A stretch of 64,000 bases of DNA from contig OY970318.1 of NCBI GenBank assembly GCA_963716565.1, positions 256,830 to 320,829 of the forward strand. Direction: 5' to 3'. Positions within the stretch are counted from its first letter, which is position 1; each line of letters opens with the position of its first letter. Origin of the DNA: an uncultured Candidatus Saccharibacteria bacterium (GTDB lineage: Bacteria; Patescibacteriota; Saccharimonadia; Saccharimonadales; CAIOMD01). The translations under genes and the position numbers were made by a program. Shown here in pieces: positions 9,177 through 18,567 of this stretch. Under the pieces are notes generated by a model that saw nothing but the letters and a program-made list of their open reading frames with translations, made no database searches and was not told the origin of the DNA.

Positions 9177-9878
9177 ATGCCCGTCAAGCAGTTCCACATT
9201 GACGGACTCGGTGAGATAAAAGTATTTAAAAGACGTCACACCAAAAAGATTAGCTTAAAGGTTGTTTCGGGTAAGATATACATCACACAGCCTACCTGGC
9301 TGCCGTATGCTAATGGGTTACAATTTGCAAGCAGTCACCGCTCATGGATAGACGATCAATGTAAAACTCAGCCTAGTTTTTTACCACAAGCCGATTCCAG
9401 TATTGGTAAAAACCACACCCTAAGATATCGGCCATACCACATATTAAAATCGAAAGTTAACCCTGATGAAATCATTATATTTGTACCAACTCATTTACAC
9501 ATCCATAGCCCTGAAGTACTAGAAGTCACTAGAAAGGCAATTATTAAAGCCCTAAAAGCTGAAGCCGAGATCATCTTACGTCAACGCTTAAACGACTATG
9601 CCAACAAATTTGGACTTAGCTATAAAGACGCTCGATTCAAAAGTATGCGCACCAGGTGGGGCAGCTGTACCAGCAACCACGATATTACCCTAAATGTCTC
9701 CCTGCTGTTATTGCCCTATAGACTCATCGACTATGTAATACTCCACGAGCTAATGCACACTAAATATCTAAACCATTCTGCCGATTTTTGGGGCCAGCTG
9801 GAATTAATCCTGCCTGATTACAAAACCCGTCGCAAGGAGCTAAAAAACGTGCAGCACTCAGTTATGTCTTTGCACTAG
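9177..9878 (+). CDS. YgjP-like (DUF45/M48-type) zinc metallopeptidase
   Basis: RWGSC motif plus the HEXXH site ILHELMHTKYLNHSADFW, typical of the YgjP family. Confidence 0.85.
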   Translation: MPVKQFHIDGLGEIKVFKRRHTKKISLKVVSGKIYITQPTWLPYANGLQFASSHRSWIDDQCKTQPSFLPQADSSIGKNHTLRYRPYHILKSKVNPDEIIIFVPTHLHIHSPEVLEVTRKAIIKALKAEAEIILRQRLNDYANKFGLSYKDARFKSMRTRWGSCTSNHDITLNVSLLLLPYRLIDYVILHELMHTKYLNHSADFWGQLELILPDYKTRRKELKNVQHSVMSLH

Positions 9879-9972
9879 AGCTTTAAAGATTCCTCTTTAG
9901 CGCCAAAGACAAACAAATCTATTATTGGTTATTGCTTTATCACTTTAAAACTGCTATATTGACTTGCGTTGA

Positions 9973-9999
9973 CCTAAAGATATTACTTTAGGCTTTTTT
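9973..9999 (+). terminator. hairpin plus U-run upstream of secE
   Basis: CCTAAAG-ATATTA-CTTTAGG followed by CTTTTTT. Could terminate the upstream gene or act as a leader hairpin for secE. Confidence 0.4.
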
Positions 10000-10000
10000 A

Positions 10001-10423
10001 ATGGTTAGACATATGAAACTCAATAAGAAATCTACCCCAAAAGTTGTGCACCACAAAGCACCCGAAACTGTTCGTGAACGCGCTACGAAACAGATGTTGC
10101 CACGCCAACCAAAATCATCTAAATTACGCAATAAAATTTACCGTCCACTAAGCGTTTTAAGGCAGGCAGCTATTAAGGAATTTAATCCTGTAAAAGTTAC
10201 ACAAAATGGCCGCATGGGCCGATTCCTAAGCAAACGCTTTAATCTAGTACCTGGTTTTATCGTAAACGCCTGGAAGGAACTAAGGCAAGTTAACTGGCCT
10301 AGCCGCAAAGACGCCTTAAGAATGACGTTCGCAGTTATAGTTTTTGCAGTTGTATTCGCCATTTTTGTACAAGTCTTCGGAATTCTGTTCGAAAAATTAT
10401 TTAAGTTTATCCTAACTTCTTAA
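10001..10423 (+). CDS. secE: preprotein translocase subunit SecE (with basic N-terminal extension)
   Basis: C-terminal KELRQVNWPSRKDALRMTFAVIVFAVVFAIFVQVF is the SecE signature plus TM helix. Lies immediately upstream of nusG. Alternative start at ATG 10013. Confidence 0.85.
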   Translation: MVRHMKLNKKSTPKVVHHKAPETVRERATKQMLPRQPKSSKLRNKIYRPLSVLRQAAIKEFNPVKVTQNGRMGRFLSKRFNLVPGFIVNAWKELRQVNWPSRKDALRMTFAVIVFAVVFAIFVQVFGILFEKLFKFILTS

Positions 10424-10450
10424 AAGGCTCGTCAAAGAAAGGAACATTAT

Positions 10451-10996
10451 ATGACCCAAAAACGTTATGACTCTAGCAAGCAATGGTATGCCATTCATAC
10501 TTATAGTGGCTACGAAGAGAAGGTGGCCGAAAGTATCCGCCAAAGGGCAGCTAGTTTAGATATGGCCGATAAGATTTTTGATGTGTTAGTACCCAAAGAA
10601 AAGCAAATAGAAATTAAGAACGGCAAGCGTAAAGTTGTAGAAAAGCGTATTTTTCAGGGCTACGTACTAGTGCACATGAAGCTAAGCGAAGATGCCTGGT
10701 ACATTGTGCGCAACACCCCAAATGTAACTGGTTTTGTTGGCAGTGGAACTGAACCTACACCCGTCAGCCAAGACGAAATGGACAAAATCAACAAGCGTAT
10801 GGGCGTTGAACAACCTAAGCACAAAATTGACTACAAGGTTGGCGAAGTTGTTAGCATCACCGATGGACCATTCAAGGGCTTCGATGGCTCTATTAACGAA
10901 ATCGACACCCAAAAGGGCAAGATTAAAGTTTTGGTTAACATGTTTGGCCGAGAAACCCCAGTAGAATTAGACAGTTTACAGGTAAAGAGAGTTTAA
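10451..10996 (+). CDS. nusG: transcription termination/antitermination factor NusG
   Basis: WYAIHTYSGYEEKV NGN domain and C-terminal KOW (GEVVSITDGPFKGFDGSINEID). secE-nusG-rplK synteny. Confidence 0.96.
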   Translation: MTQKRYDSSKQWYAIHTYSGYEEKVAESIRQRAASLDMADKIFDVLVPKEKQIEIKNGKRKVVEKRIFQGYVLVHMKLSEDAWYIVRNTPNVTGFVGSGTEPTPVSQDEMDKINKRMGVEQPKHKIDYKVGEVVSITDGPFKGFDGSINEIDTQKGKIKVLVNMFGRETPVELDSLQVKRV

Positions 10997-11010
10997 AGGA
11001 GATTTAAAAG

Positions 11011-11439
11011 ATGGCAAAAGTTATAAAAGCTAATTTAAAGATGAAGATAAAAGGCGGGCAAGCTAGCGCGGCGCCTCCAGTTGGTAGCACCCTAGGCCAA
11101 TACGGTGTTAATATGATGGATTTCATTAATCCATTTAACGAACAAACCAAAGACCGCATGGGCCAAGATTTAACTGTACATATCGCTATTTACGAAGACC
11201 GCTCTATTTCGTGGCGCGTTGTTGGTACTCCTACCGATGATTTAATCCGCCAAAAACTGGGTATCGAAAAAGGTTCTGGCAAACCCAATACCGAAAAGGT
11301 TAGCAAAAAGCTAAGCCAAAGCGCCTTAACCGAAATTGCCCAAGCCAAAGCCGCTGATATGAACACTGATGATATTGAAGCCGCTAAAAAAATGGTGGCC
11401 GGCACTGCCCGCAGTATGGGCGTAGAGGTAGAACAATAG
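11011..11439 (+). CDS. rplK: 50S ribosomal protein L11
   Basis: KGGQASAAPPVGSTLGQYGVNMMDF and conserved synteny. Confidence 0.97.
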   Translation: MAKVIKANLKMKIKGGQASAAPPVGSTLGQYGVNMMDFINPFNEQTKDRMGQDLTVHIAIYEDRSISWRVVGTPTDDLIRQKLGIEKGSGKPNTEKVSKKLSQSALTEIAQAKAADMNTDDIEAAKKMVAGTARSMGVEVEQ

Positions 11440-11684
11440 AATGAGCGGTAGTATATACGAAATAGACCCTACAAGATCGGAATCCGGCTCTAATTTATTG
11501 CATGTCAACGAAGCAGAGCTGTGCATAGACGGAGTCCATCGTTTAACGGTAACACCAGACACCCTTAAAGCCGCTCGAGATTTTTTTGCTAGGGATTTCG
11601 CTGACAGACAACAAGCTGATAATAGTTAAATTAATTTGTGGGAGGCCATCGATAAGCCGTTAACACCACGAAAGGATACAAATC

Positions 11685-12662
11685 ATGGCAGAAGCCAAAA
11701 AAACAGTCAAAGCAACTAAAACAGCGGTTAAAAAACCAGCAGTTAAGAAAGTTGTTAAACCAGTAAAAGCCGAAGAGGTTGTTAAAGCAGCCCCTGAGGT
11801 TGTTGTAGAAGAAAAAATTAGTAAAGTGGCCAAAGCCGGCAAACACAGCGTTAAGGCTTTAAAAGAAGCTGAAGCCAAAGCCATAAAAGAAGAGCGCAAA
11901 GCTCACAAAGAAGCAGCCAGTGAGACCGAACAAGTTGCTACCAAGCCTAAAACCGTAAAAGTCCGCACTCACCTAGAGCGACAGGGCAAAAAACTTCAAG
12001 ATGCTAGCAAATTAATCGACAAGACCAAAGATTATACCTTAAAAGAAGCTTGCGATTTAGTTGTTAAAACTAGCCCCGTTAAGTTTGATGCAACCGTAGA
12101 ATTACACGTTCGTTTAGCGGTAGACCCCAAATTGGCCGACCAGAATATTAGAGCCAACTTGGTTTTGCCAAGCGGTACCGGTAAAACATTGCGCGTTGCC
12201 GTTATGGCCGAAGCTGATAAAATTGATGAAGCCAAAAAAGCCGGTGCCGACATTGCAGCCGCCGACGAATTCTTACAACAGCTAGAAAAAGGCAAAATCG
12301 ATTTTGATATCTTGATTGCTACCCCAGCCCAAATGCCAAAACTTGGCAAGTATGCTAAGCTGCTTGGCCCTAAAGGTTTGATGCCTAACCCTAAGAGTGG
12401 CACTGTTACCCCCAACATTGCTAAGGCCGTTAAAGAAGCCAAAGCCGGCAAGGTAGAATACCGCATAGACAGCAACGGCATCATCCACCTGGGCATTGGC
12501 AAGGTTAGTTTTGGCGCCGATAAAATTTTAGACAACCTAAAGGCCGTACTAAACAGTGTCAAATCTGCCAGGCCAGCTAGTGTTAAGGGAACATACGTCC
12601 AAAGTATTTTTATAACTAGCAGTATGGGCCCATCAATCAAAGTCAGCTCCAGCGACATTTAA
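11685..12662 (+). CDS. rplA: 50S ribosomal protein L1 with ~98-aa Lys/Ala-rich N-terminal extension
   Basis: From about residue 99 it aligns to canonical L1 (KFDATVELHVRLAVDP, LGPKGLMPNPKSGTVT, AKAGKVEYRIDSNGIIH). GAAAGGA Shine-Dalgarno 8 nt upstream of ATG 11685. Confidence 0.93.
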   Translation: MAEAKKTVKATKTAVKKPAVKKVVKPVKAEEVVKAAPEVVVEEKISKVAKAGKHSVKALKEAEAKAIKEERKAHKEAASETEQVATKPKTVKVRTHLERQGKKLQDASKLIDKTKDYTLKEACDLVVKTSPVKFDATVELHVRLAVDPKLADQNIRANLVLPSGTGKTLRVAVMAEADKIDEAKKAGADIAAADEFLQQLEKGKIDFDILIATPAQMPKLGKYAKLLGPKGLMPNPKSGTVTPNIAKAVKEAKAGKVEYRIDSNGIIHLGIGKVSFGADKILDNLKAVLNSVKSARPASVKGTYVQSIFITSSMGPSIKVSSSDI

Positions 12663-12775
12663 ACAACATTTTTTACTTTAGCTAAAGCATAATATTCTGC
12701 TATTATATGCTTAAGCGGTGGGTGGTTATTTTTAACCAATAGCCGTTTTTTTGATGCTTTAAGCGAGGGTAAAAA

Positions 12776-13492
12776 GTGACCGGTATCTATAGCAACATTC
12801 AGATCAAGCAGGCCATAAAAGACGGCCAAGTTGTATGCTTGCCATACAATCCGGATAACGTCGGCTACGCTAGTTTAGATGTAACTTTAGGCCAATATTT
12901 TTACCGCCTAGAGCAAGTAAACGAGCGCACTATTTACAATCTTTTCGACCGCGAAAGCGTAGAACGATATTTTGAGGGCCCGTTTAAGGCTATGTCTCAT
13001 GAACAATTCTGCAACTTAAATGGAATCAAACTACTTAGCAACATTCCCCCTGATCACCCTGTAATTGCCTTAAAGCCAGGTGAAAGAATACTGGCCCATA
13101 GCCACGAATTCATCGGCATATTACCACCCGGGGCTTGCGAGCTAAAAGGCCGCTCCAGCTGGGCGCGCAATGGCATAGCCGTCGGCTTTGATGCTAGCTG
13201 GGTTAACCCTGGCTACGTTAATCGCTTAACCCTTAGCATTTATAATCTAAACCAACGCGAAACTATTCTTTTGCCGGTTGGAGAACGAATTGCCCAAGTC
13301 GTTTTTTACCAAACGGGCCCAGTTGAAGGTTTTTATGGCGAGCCAAATGATAAAGCCATGCGCGGCAAATATCAGCAGGGAACTAAACTAAAAAACATAA
13401 TGCGCACCTGGTCGCCGGATCAAATGTTACCAAAACTATATCTAGACAAACGCCAGCCGCCAACCAAGATAGATGGGATCGCATATGATTGA
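12776..13492 (+). CDS. dcd: dCTP deaminase family protein
   Basis: LKGRSSWARNGI, GYVNRLTLSIYN and GERIAQVVF are dUTPase-superfamily Dcd motifs. GTG start with GAGGGT Shine-Dalgarno. Confidence 0.85.
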   Translation: MTGIYSNIQIKQAIKDGQVVCLPYNPDNVGYASLDVTLGQYFYRLEQVNERTIYNLFDRESVERYFEGPFKAMSHEQFCNLNGIKLLSNIPPDHPVIALKPGERILAHSHEFIGILPPGACELKGRSSWARNGIAVGFDASWVNPGYVNRLTLSIYNLNQRETILLPVGERIAQVVFYQTGPVEGFYGEPNDKAMRGKYQQGTKLKNIMRTWSPDQMLPKLYLDKRQPPTKIDGIAYD

Positions 13493-15779
13493 GCAGTCTA
13501 AAGGCTTTTATATTGTTTTAGAAGGTCCGCAGGGTACTGGCAAGACGACTCAGATTGATCTTTTGGCTAAGCGGCTCATTGGCGAAGGTTACGCTGTAAG
13601 ATTATTCCGCGAACCAGATTCCCAAACCGATTTAACCGCCCAAGCCATTAGGCGCTTAACGCAAGACCCTCGTTACCCAATGAATACCAAAACCGAAGCC
13701 TTGCTTTATAACGCCGCTCGTTCGCAATCGCTAGAAGTTATCCGTAGGGCTAAGGCTAGCGGAGTAATTTGTATTTGTGACCGTAATTACTTAAGCAGCC
13801 TAGCCATCCAGTATTATGGCCGCGGCGATATTCCAGATTACGACACTATCAATTCCATTATTGAATTTGCCGTAGGCGACATGCAACCCGATATAACAAT
13901 TATTTTGGATGCTCCTTCAGAAGTCTTAGCCGCTCGCAGCCAACAACGTGGACAAGGCGAAAGGTTCGATTCACTAGCCTTAGAATTTTTAGAAAGAGTC
14001 CGGGCTGGCTATTTAATAGAAGCTCGATCTAGAAATTACCCAGTATTATTAGCCACCGACCCACCAGAGGCAATCCACGAAAAAATATGGGGGTTTTTAC
14101 ATGGTAAGTCTATTAAATCAGCCTTTGCGGCCGTAAAGCAGCCAACAACGTTGTCATCTGCCGAGTTAGTGCTAGACACCAAGAAACCATCCAACTTGCT
14201 AAAAAAGACTAAGAATGGCTGGCAAATAACCAACGAGGGCCAGGCCTACTTAGAGAACATAGTCACCAACACCAAGAGTAATATCTACGCCTTAACTGAA
14301 AATATAAGTTCTATAACAGCGGCGGCCGCTATGGCTCGCCTCAGCCGGCGCTTTGATGACTTGCGCATTACATTACTCGATGAATTTTCTGATGGCACCG
14401 CCAACCAACAAGACTTACTAAAAAGAGTTGTTACTGCTTACGGTGATGACTCGGTACAACAATTAGTTGGCCAGTATATCGTCGTAGAAGGCGCCAGTAT
14501 TCTTTTGACCAAAAAGATTGAATGGGGCCGACTAGCAGCTTATTTGGAACAATCCACCCGCTACATCTACTACGATCAAAAAGACGATAAAGGCCGTTAT
14601 AAATACTTTGTACCAAGCAATTTAGACGCCAAAACTAAAAAGACTTTTATTAAAACCATGAACGCCATCTTTGATAAATATTCCGAAATGGTTCACAAGG
14701 CTACGGAATATGTACGAACTAATTCTAAAGTACCTAAAAAAGAGCAAGACGGGGCCTGGATGTCCGCAACTAGGGCCCAAGCCTGCGATGCCATAAGGTC
14801 AGTATTGCCGATGGCCACTAAATCAACAGTAGGCGTATTTGTATCCGGCCAAGCCCTAGAAAATATGATTATTCGCTTAAACGCCGAGGAGCTGTTGGAA
14901 GCTAGAGAAGCCGGAGCCCAAATATTAACCGAAGCTCGCAAAGTGATCCCCGCCTTTCTAGAAAGAGCCGACAAGCCCGATCGTGGCGGAGCAACTTCTA
15001 TGTACCTAGCCAAAAAGCGAGAAGATGTTAAGAAGCTAGCTAAAAAATACTTGACTCAGACTTATGCCAACTCAAGCGAAAGCGTTGAGCTAGTTGACGT
15101 TAACCCCCGCAACGAGCTAGATATTGTGGCCGATATGATTTACGAACACAGCGATTTATCACTTACAGCTATTCAACAAGAGGTAAACCGCTGGTCTTAC
15201 AAGCAAAAAGAAGAAGTCTTTAAAGCTTATATTGGCGAAAGATTAAACCGCCGCCACAAGCCCGGTCGCGCCTTAGAAAAGATTAATTACCATTGGGATA
15301 TCTTTTGCGAATATGGCGTTTTTAAAGATCTAATGCGCCACCGCCTAGTCAGCGACATGGAATGGCAAGCCCTAACTGCCAGGTATGGTTACGACATACC
15401 AGAGTTAGTAGAAAAGGCCGGCTTAAGCGAGCAGTTTATTGATTGTTTTGATTTAAGCCTAGAGCTTTACAGTGCCCTGCAAAAAGCGGGCTATGAGCTA
15501 GAAGCCCAGTATGCCACCCTGCATGGGCATTTAATGCGCTGGAAGGTGTCATTTAACGCCCGCGAAGCTTTCCACCTATTTGAGCTTAGAACCTCGCCCC
15601 AGGGCCACCCTAACTATCGCCGCTTAGCCAAGCAAATGCACGAGAAGGTAATGCAAATCCACCCCCTATTGGCCGAATCGATGATTTTTGTGAATAAAGA
15701 TGAAGACCCCGAACTAACCCGCTTAGCCGCCGAACGTTATACCCAATACAAACTCAAGCAACAACCCAAAAAACAGTAG
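13473..15779 (+). CDS. tmk-thyX: fusion protein: thymidylate kinase (N-terminal) + long-form flavin-dependent thymidylate synthase ThyX (C-terminal)
   Basis: N-terminal region: YIVLEGPQGTGKTTQ P-loop and DRNYLSSLAIQ (Tmk). C-terminal region: two ThyX-like halves, one degenerate (WGRLAAYLEQSTRY) and one with an intact RHR (MRHRLVSDMEWQALTARY). Alternative start at ATG 13485. Confidence 0.85.
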   Translation: MGSHMIEQSKGFYIVLEGPQGTGKTTQIDLLAKRLIGEGYAVRLFREPDSQTDLTAQAIRRLTQDPRYPMNTKTEALLYNAARSQSLEVIRRAKASGVICICDRNYLSSLAIQYYGRGDIPDYDTINSIIEFAVGDMQPDITIILDAPSEVLAARSQQRGQGERFDSLALEFLERVRAGYLIEARSRNYPVLLATDPPEAIHEKIWGFLHGKSIKSAFAAVKQPTTLSSAELVLDTKKPSNLLKKTKNGWQITNEGQAYLENIVTNTKSNIYALTENISSITAAAAMARLSRRFDDLRITLLDEFSDGTANQQDLLKRVVTAYGDDSVQQLVGQYIVVEGASILLTKKIEWGRLAAYLEQSTRYIYYDQKDDKGRYKYFVPSNLDAKTKKTFIKTMNAIFDKYSEMVHKATEYVRTNSKVPKKEQDGAWMSATRAQACDAIRSVLPMATKSTVGVFVSGQALENMIIRLNAEELLEAREAGAQILTEARKVIPAFLERADKPDRGGATSMYLAKKREDVKKLAKKYLTQTYANSSESVELVDVNPRNELDIVADMIYEHSDLSLTAIQQEVNRWSYKQKEEVFKAYIGERLNRRHKPGRALEKINYHWDIFCEYGVFKDLMRHRLVSDMEWQALTARYGYDIPELVEKAGLSEQFIDCFDLSLELYSALQKAGYELEAQYATLHGHLMRWKVSFNAREAFHLFELRTSPQGHPNYRRLAKQMHEKVMQIHPLLAESMIFVNKDEDPELTRLAAERYTQYKLKQQPKKQ

Positions 15780-15892
15780 CGTTTTAAGATACAAAACTGC
15801 TTGCTATAACGTCAAGACTATTCTAAAGTTGAGTTAGCTAATTTTTAATAGGTTACAAACAGATTCGTAAAAACGGAGTAGCTACTGGTGAA

Positions 15893-16600
15893 GTGGCTCT
15901 TGGTGGCACTGAGGATTCGGGTATTGAGGGTTTGCCACCTGAGCGGTTGGTGGTACTGTTCAATCATGCCTACGTGCGCCAAAGTGAAATCGAGGCTCTA
16001 AGGCACACACAAGATCAAGAAGACCCCCTCAGCGGGCTGCCAATCTACTTACAACTAGAACACGAGCAGGCAAAATCTGAGCACCAGATAATCACAGACT
16101 ATATTGAAAACCGTGACTTTGATAGTGCTACTTTGCACCTTTTCGCCATAAATTTTAAAGATAAGTTCCTTAGGCTCTCTACCGCTGAACGTTTTTTGGA
16201 TTGCAGTTACCAGCCTACTGACGTGACTAACCATATCTGTGACGTTGTTAAACAGTTTTATCATCCACCACTCGATTTAAAAGAGCTAGCAATTAAGGGC
16301 ATATCTAGCCAAGAATTAGACTACCTATTCCGCTGTCGACAGGTGGCTATAGAGGCTACCCATAAATTAATGAAACATCCCGATATCGGCACTATAAACA
16401 TTTCATATCTACTGCCGATACCAGATGAAATCGGACGTATCTTAAGAGTTTATATGCCAACTCTGCCAGCTGATATCGCTAAGGATATAGACCCTTGGAT
16501 AAAAAAGACCGGCTATAAACCACCCGTTCGAATTCCGGCCGCTAGACGACTTGGCAAAACGGCTCTGCCAGTTTTTGAACAATACACTCTAGCAGCATAG
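15893..16600 (+). CDS. hypothetical protein
   Basis: 235-aa ORF with GTG start and no recognisable motifs. No competing ORF. Confidence 0.5.
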   Translation: MALGGTEDSGIEGLPPERLVVLFNHAYVRQSEIEALRHTQDQEDPLSGLPIYLQLEHEQAKSEHQIITDYIENRDFDSATLHLFAINFKDKFLRLSTAERFLDCSYQPTDVTNHICDVVKQFYHPPLDLKELAIKGISSQELDYLFRCRQVAIEATHKLMKHPDIGTINISYLLPIPDEIGRILRVYMPTLPADIAKDIDPWIKKTGYKPPVRIPAARRLGKTALPVFEQYTLAA

Positions 16601-16639
16601 TACTCTTGAAATTCTTAAGATATTTTGTTAAAATCATAT

Positions 16640-16750
16640 GTGAATCTGCCAAAGACAGCGACGTCTAGGTAACCCTAGCTTGAAAATGTCGCCGAGGAAG
16701 AATAATAAATCCTACGATGTCTTTGGTTGAATGGCCAAAGATTTTTTAAT
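16640..16750 (+). promoter_or_regulatory. ribosomal protein L10 (rplJ) leader with terminator/antiterminator alternative
   Basis: Terminator hairpin TCTTTGG (16720-16726) / CCAAAGA (16735-16741) followed by TTTTTT. The upstream segment CCAAAGACA (about 16649-16657) can pair with TGTCTTTGG instead. Sits directly 5' of rplJ. Confidence 0.55.
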
Positions 16751-16812
16751 TTTAGGCAACGACGCAACTTAATAATTTTGGTCGAAAAATTAAGTAATTA
16801 AAGGAGTAATGA

Positions 16813-17340
16813 ATGGCTCTATCCAAAGAGAAGAAGGCCGATGTTGTTAGCGAAGTCACCGATTTACTCGATGCTTCTAAAATGACTGTTTTGGCCGATT
16901 ACCGCGGTGTTAACGTTAAGAATATGCAAGCTTTAAGAAAAGCTGCAAAAGATAACGGCACAACCGTAAAAGTCATCAAAAACCGTTTAGTTATTAAGGC
17001 CCTAAAGAACACTAAAAACTGCAAAGCTACCGACACTAGCGCCCTAAAAGCCCAGCTACTATATGCTTTTAACGCCAATGACGAAGTAGCACCAGCTCAA
17101 GCTTTAAGCAATTTTGCTAAAAGCGAGCCCAACTTGCAGTTTGTAGGTGCCATTACGGCCGATGGTCGCTTTATTGGTATCGACGACGTTAAAGCTTTAG
17201 CCAACTTGCCAAGCAAGGATCAGCTAAGAGCTCAGCTAATTGGTACTTTAGGCGCACCACTAAGTGGTTTTGTAAATGTCTTGAGTGGTAATTTAAGAGG
17301 TTTGCTATACGTCTTAGACGCTAGAAGCAATAATTTATAA
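16813..17340 (+). CDS. rplJ: 50S ribosomal protein L10
   Basis: AAGGAG Shine-Dalgarno, typical L10 N-terminus ([22 protein letters not shown]), and synteny with rplL. Confidence 0.95.
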   Translation: MALSKEKKADVVSEVTDLLDASKMTVLADYRGVNVKNMQALRKAAKDNGTTVKVIKNRLVIKALKNTKNCKATDTSALKAQLLYAFNANDEVAPAQALSNFAKSEPNLQFVGAITADGRFIGIDDVKALANLPSKDQLRAQLIGTLGAPLSGFVNVLSGNLRGLLYVLDARSNNL

Positions 17341-17369
17341 GTAAATTAAGTCATATAAAGGAGAATACT

Positions 17370-17780
17370 ATGAGCGAAGAAACCAAAGCTAAGATTGAAG
17401 CACCAAAAGAATTCGAAAAACTAGTAGCCGAATTAGACAAAATGAGTGCTCTAGAAATCAGCAAATTCGTAAAATTCTTAGAAGAGTATTGGGGCGTTAG
17501 CGCTGCAGCTCCTGCTGTAGCCGTAGCTGCCGTTGCCGCTGGCGACGCTGCTCCTGCCGAAGAAGCTAAGAGCGAATACGACGTCGTTCTAAAAGACGCC
17601 GGTGCTCAAAAAGTAGCCGTTATTAAGGCTGTCAAGGAAATAACTCAACTAGGTTTAGGCGAAGCCAAAGCCCTAGTTGACGCTGCCCCTAAGACAATCT
17701 TAGAAAAAGCTAAAAAAGAAGACGCCGAAGCTGCCAAAAAAGCTTTAGAAGAAGCTGGCGCTACCGTCGAATTAGCTTAA
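17370..17780 (+). CDS. rplL: 50S ribosomal protein L7/L12
   Basis: Ala-rich hinge and C-terminal domain [28 protein letters not shown]. Confidence 0.97.
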   Translation: MSEETKAKIEAPKEFEKLVAELDKMSALEISKFVKFLEEYWGVSAAAPAVAVAAVAAGDAAPAEEAKSEYDVVLKDAGAQKVAVIKAVKEITQLGLGEAKALVDAAPKTILEKAKKEDAEAAKKALEEAGATVELA

Positions 17781-17797
17781 ATATAACAGCATAAAAA

Positions 17798-17835
17798 GCC
17801 ATCCGAGCAAAAAAAGCAAGGATGGTTTTTTATTT
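17798..17835 (+). terminator. putative terminator after rplL
   Basis: CCATCC (17799-17804) / GGATGG (17820-17825) followed by TTTTTTATTTT. The loop is long (15 nt). Confidence 0.5.
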
Positions 17836-17965
17836 TGGTCTAAGAAGTAAATCATTGACTTTTCCACAACTAACATATAATATTATTGCTAATCAAGTAG
17901 GTTACGTGTTAGCGTAAAGCTGTAAATATAAGTTATGGGGATGAAACAAAAAGCGAGGTCCCACC

Positions 17966-18475
17966 GTGTCTGACATACCAGAGAAACAAATTAAACGACT
18001 AAAAGCCCTTATTTCTGATGCCGAAACTAATCTAGCGGCCGCTAAAGAGTTGCTAATCAGTTTGGTTGGCGATGATCCAGTTGTTACTGCTAGTGCCCGC
18101 GAAGAAATTTCCGGTAAAGTACTAGAAGGTGTCTTTGATGGCCAGAATATGGTCGGTTCCGATGGCAAAACCTATCCGGTACCAGCTAACTACGCCAGCA
18201 AGTCCAAATTAGTCCAAGGCGATATTCTAAAACTCACCATTGGTGATGACGGCGCCTTTTTATACAAGCAAATTGGCCCTATACCACGCAAACAAGTAGT
18301 TGGTTTGCTTGTGCAAAGAGAAGGTCATTACTTTGTAGAAGTTGGGGACAAATCTTATAGAGTATTACTAGCCAGCGTCACTTACTTTAAAGCCAAGCCT
18401 GGTGATCAAATCAGCGTGAATGTTCCAGAAGGCGATACCGACGCCGAATGGGCCGCCATAGAAGCCGCCCTGTAG
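17966..18475 (+). CDS. hypothetical protein
   Basis: 169-aa ORF with GTG start and GCGAGGT Shine-Dalgarno 7 nt upstream. The antisense 88-aa ORF was rejected. Confidence 0.6.
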   Translation: MSDIPEKQIKRLKALISDAETNLAAAKELLISLVGDDPVVTASAREEISGKVLEGVFDGQNMVGSDGKTYPVPANYASKSKLVQGDILKLTIGDDGAFLYKQIGPIPRKQVVGLLVQREGHYFVEVGDKSYRVLLASVTYFKAKPGDQISVNVPEGDTDAEWAAIEAAL

Positions 18476-18567
18476 CGCTTATACACATTTGAACAGTTTA
18501 GCTCTGTAGTAACTACAACAGTTTTTTTGCTGTCTTGTGGTTATACTTAGGATGAAAACGAGGGAAT

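Noticed and set aside
11441-11629. 62-aa ORF in the rplK-rplA spacer
   Set aside because: No Shine-Dalgarno or promoter signal and no recognisable motif. The region is more likely a regulatory leader for rplA.
12032-12658. 208-aa minus-strand ORF
   Set aside because: Entirely antisense to the well-supported rplA gene. Low-complexity Leu/Ser/Ala composition typical of a shadow frame.
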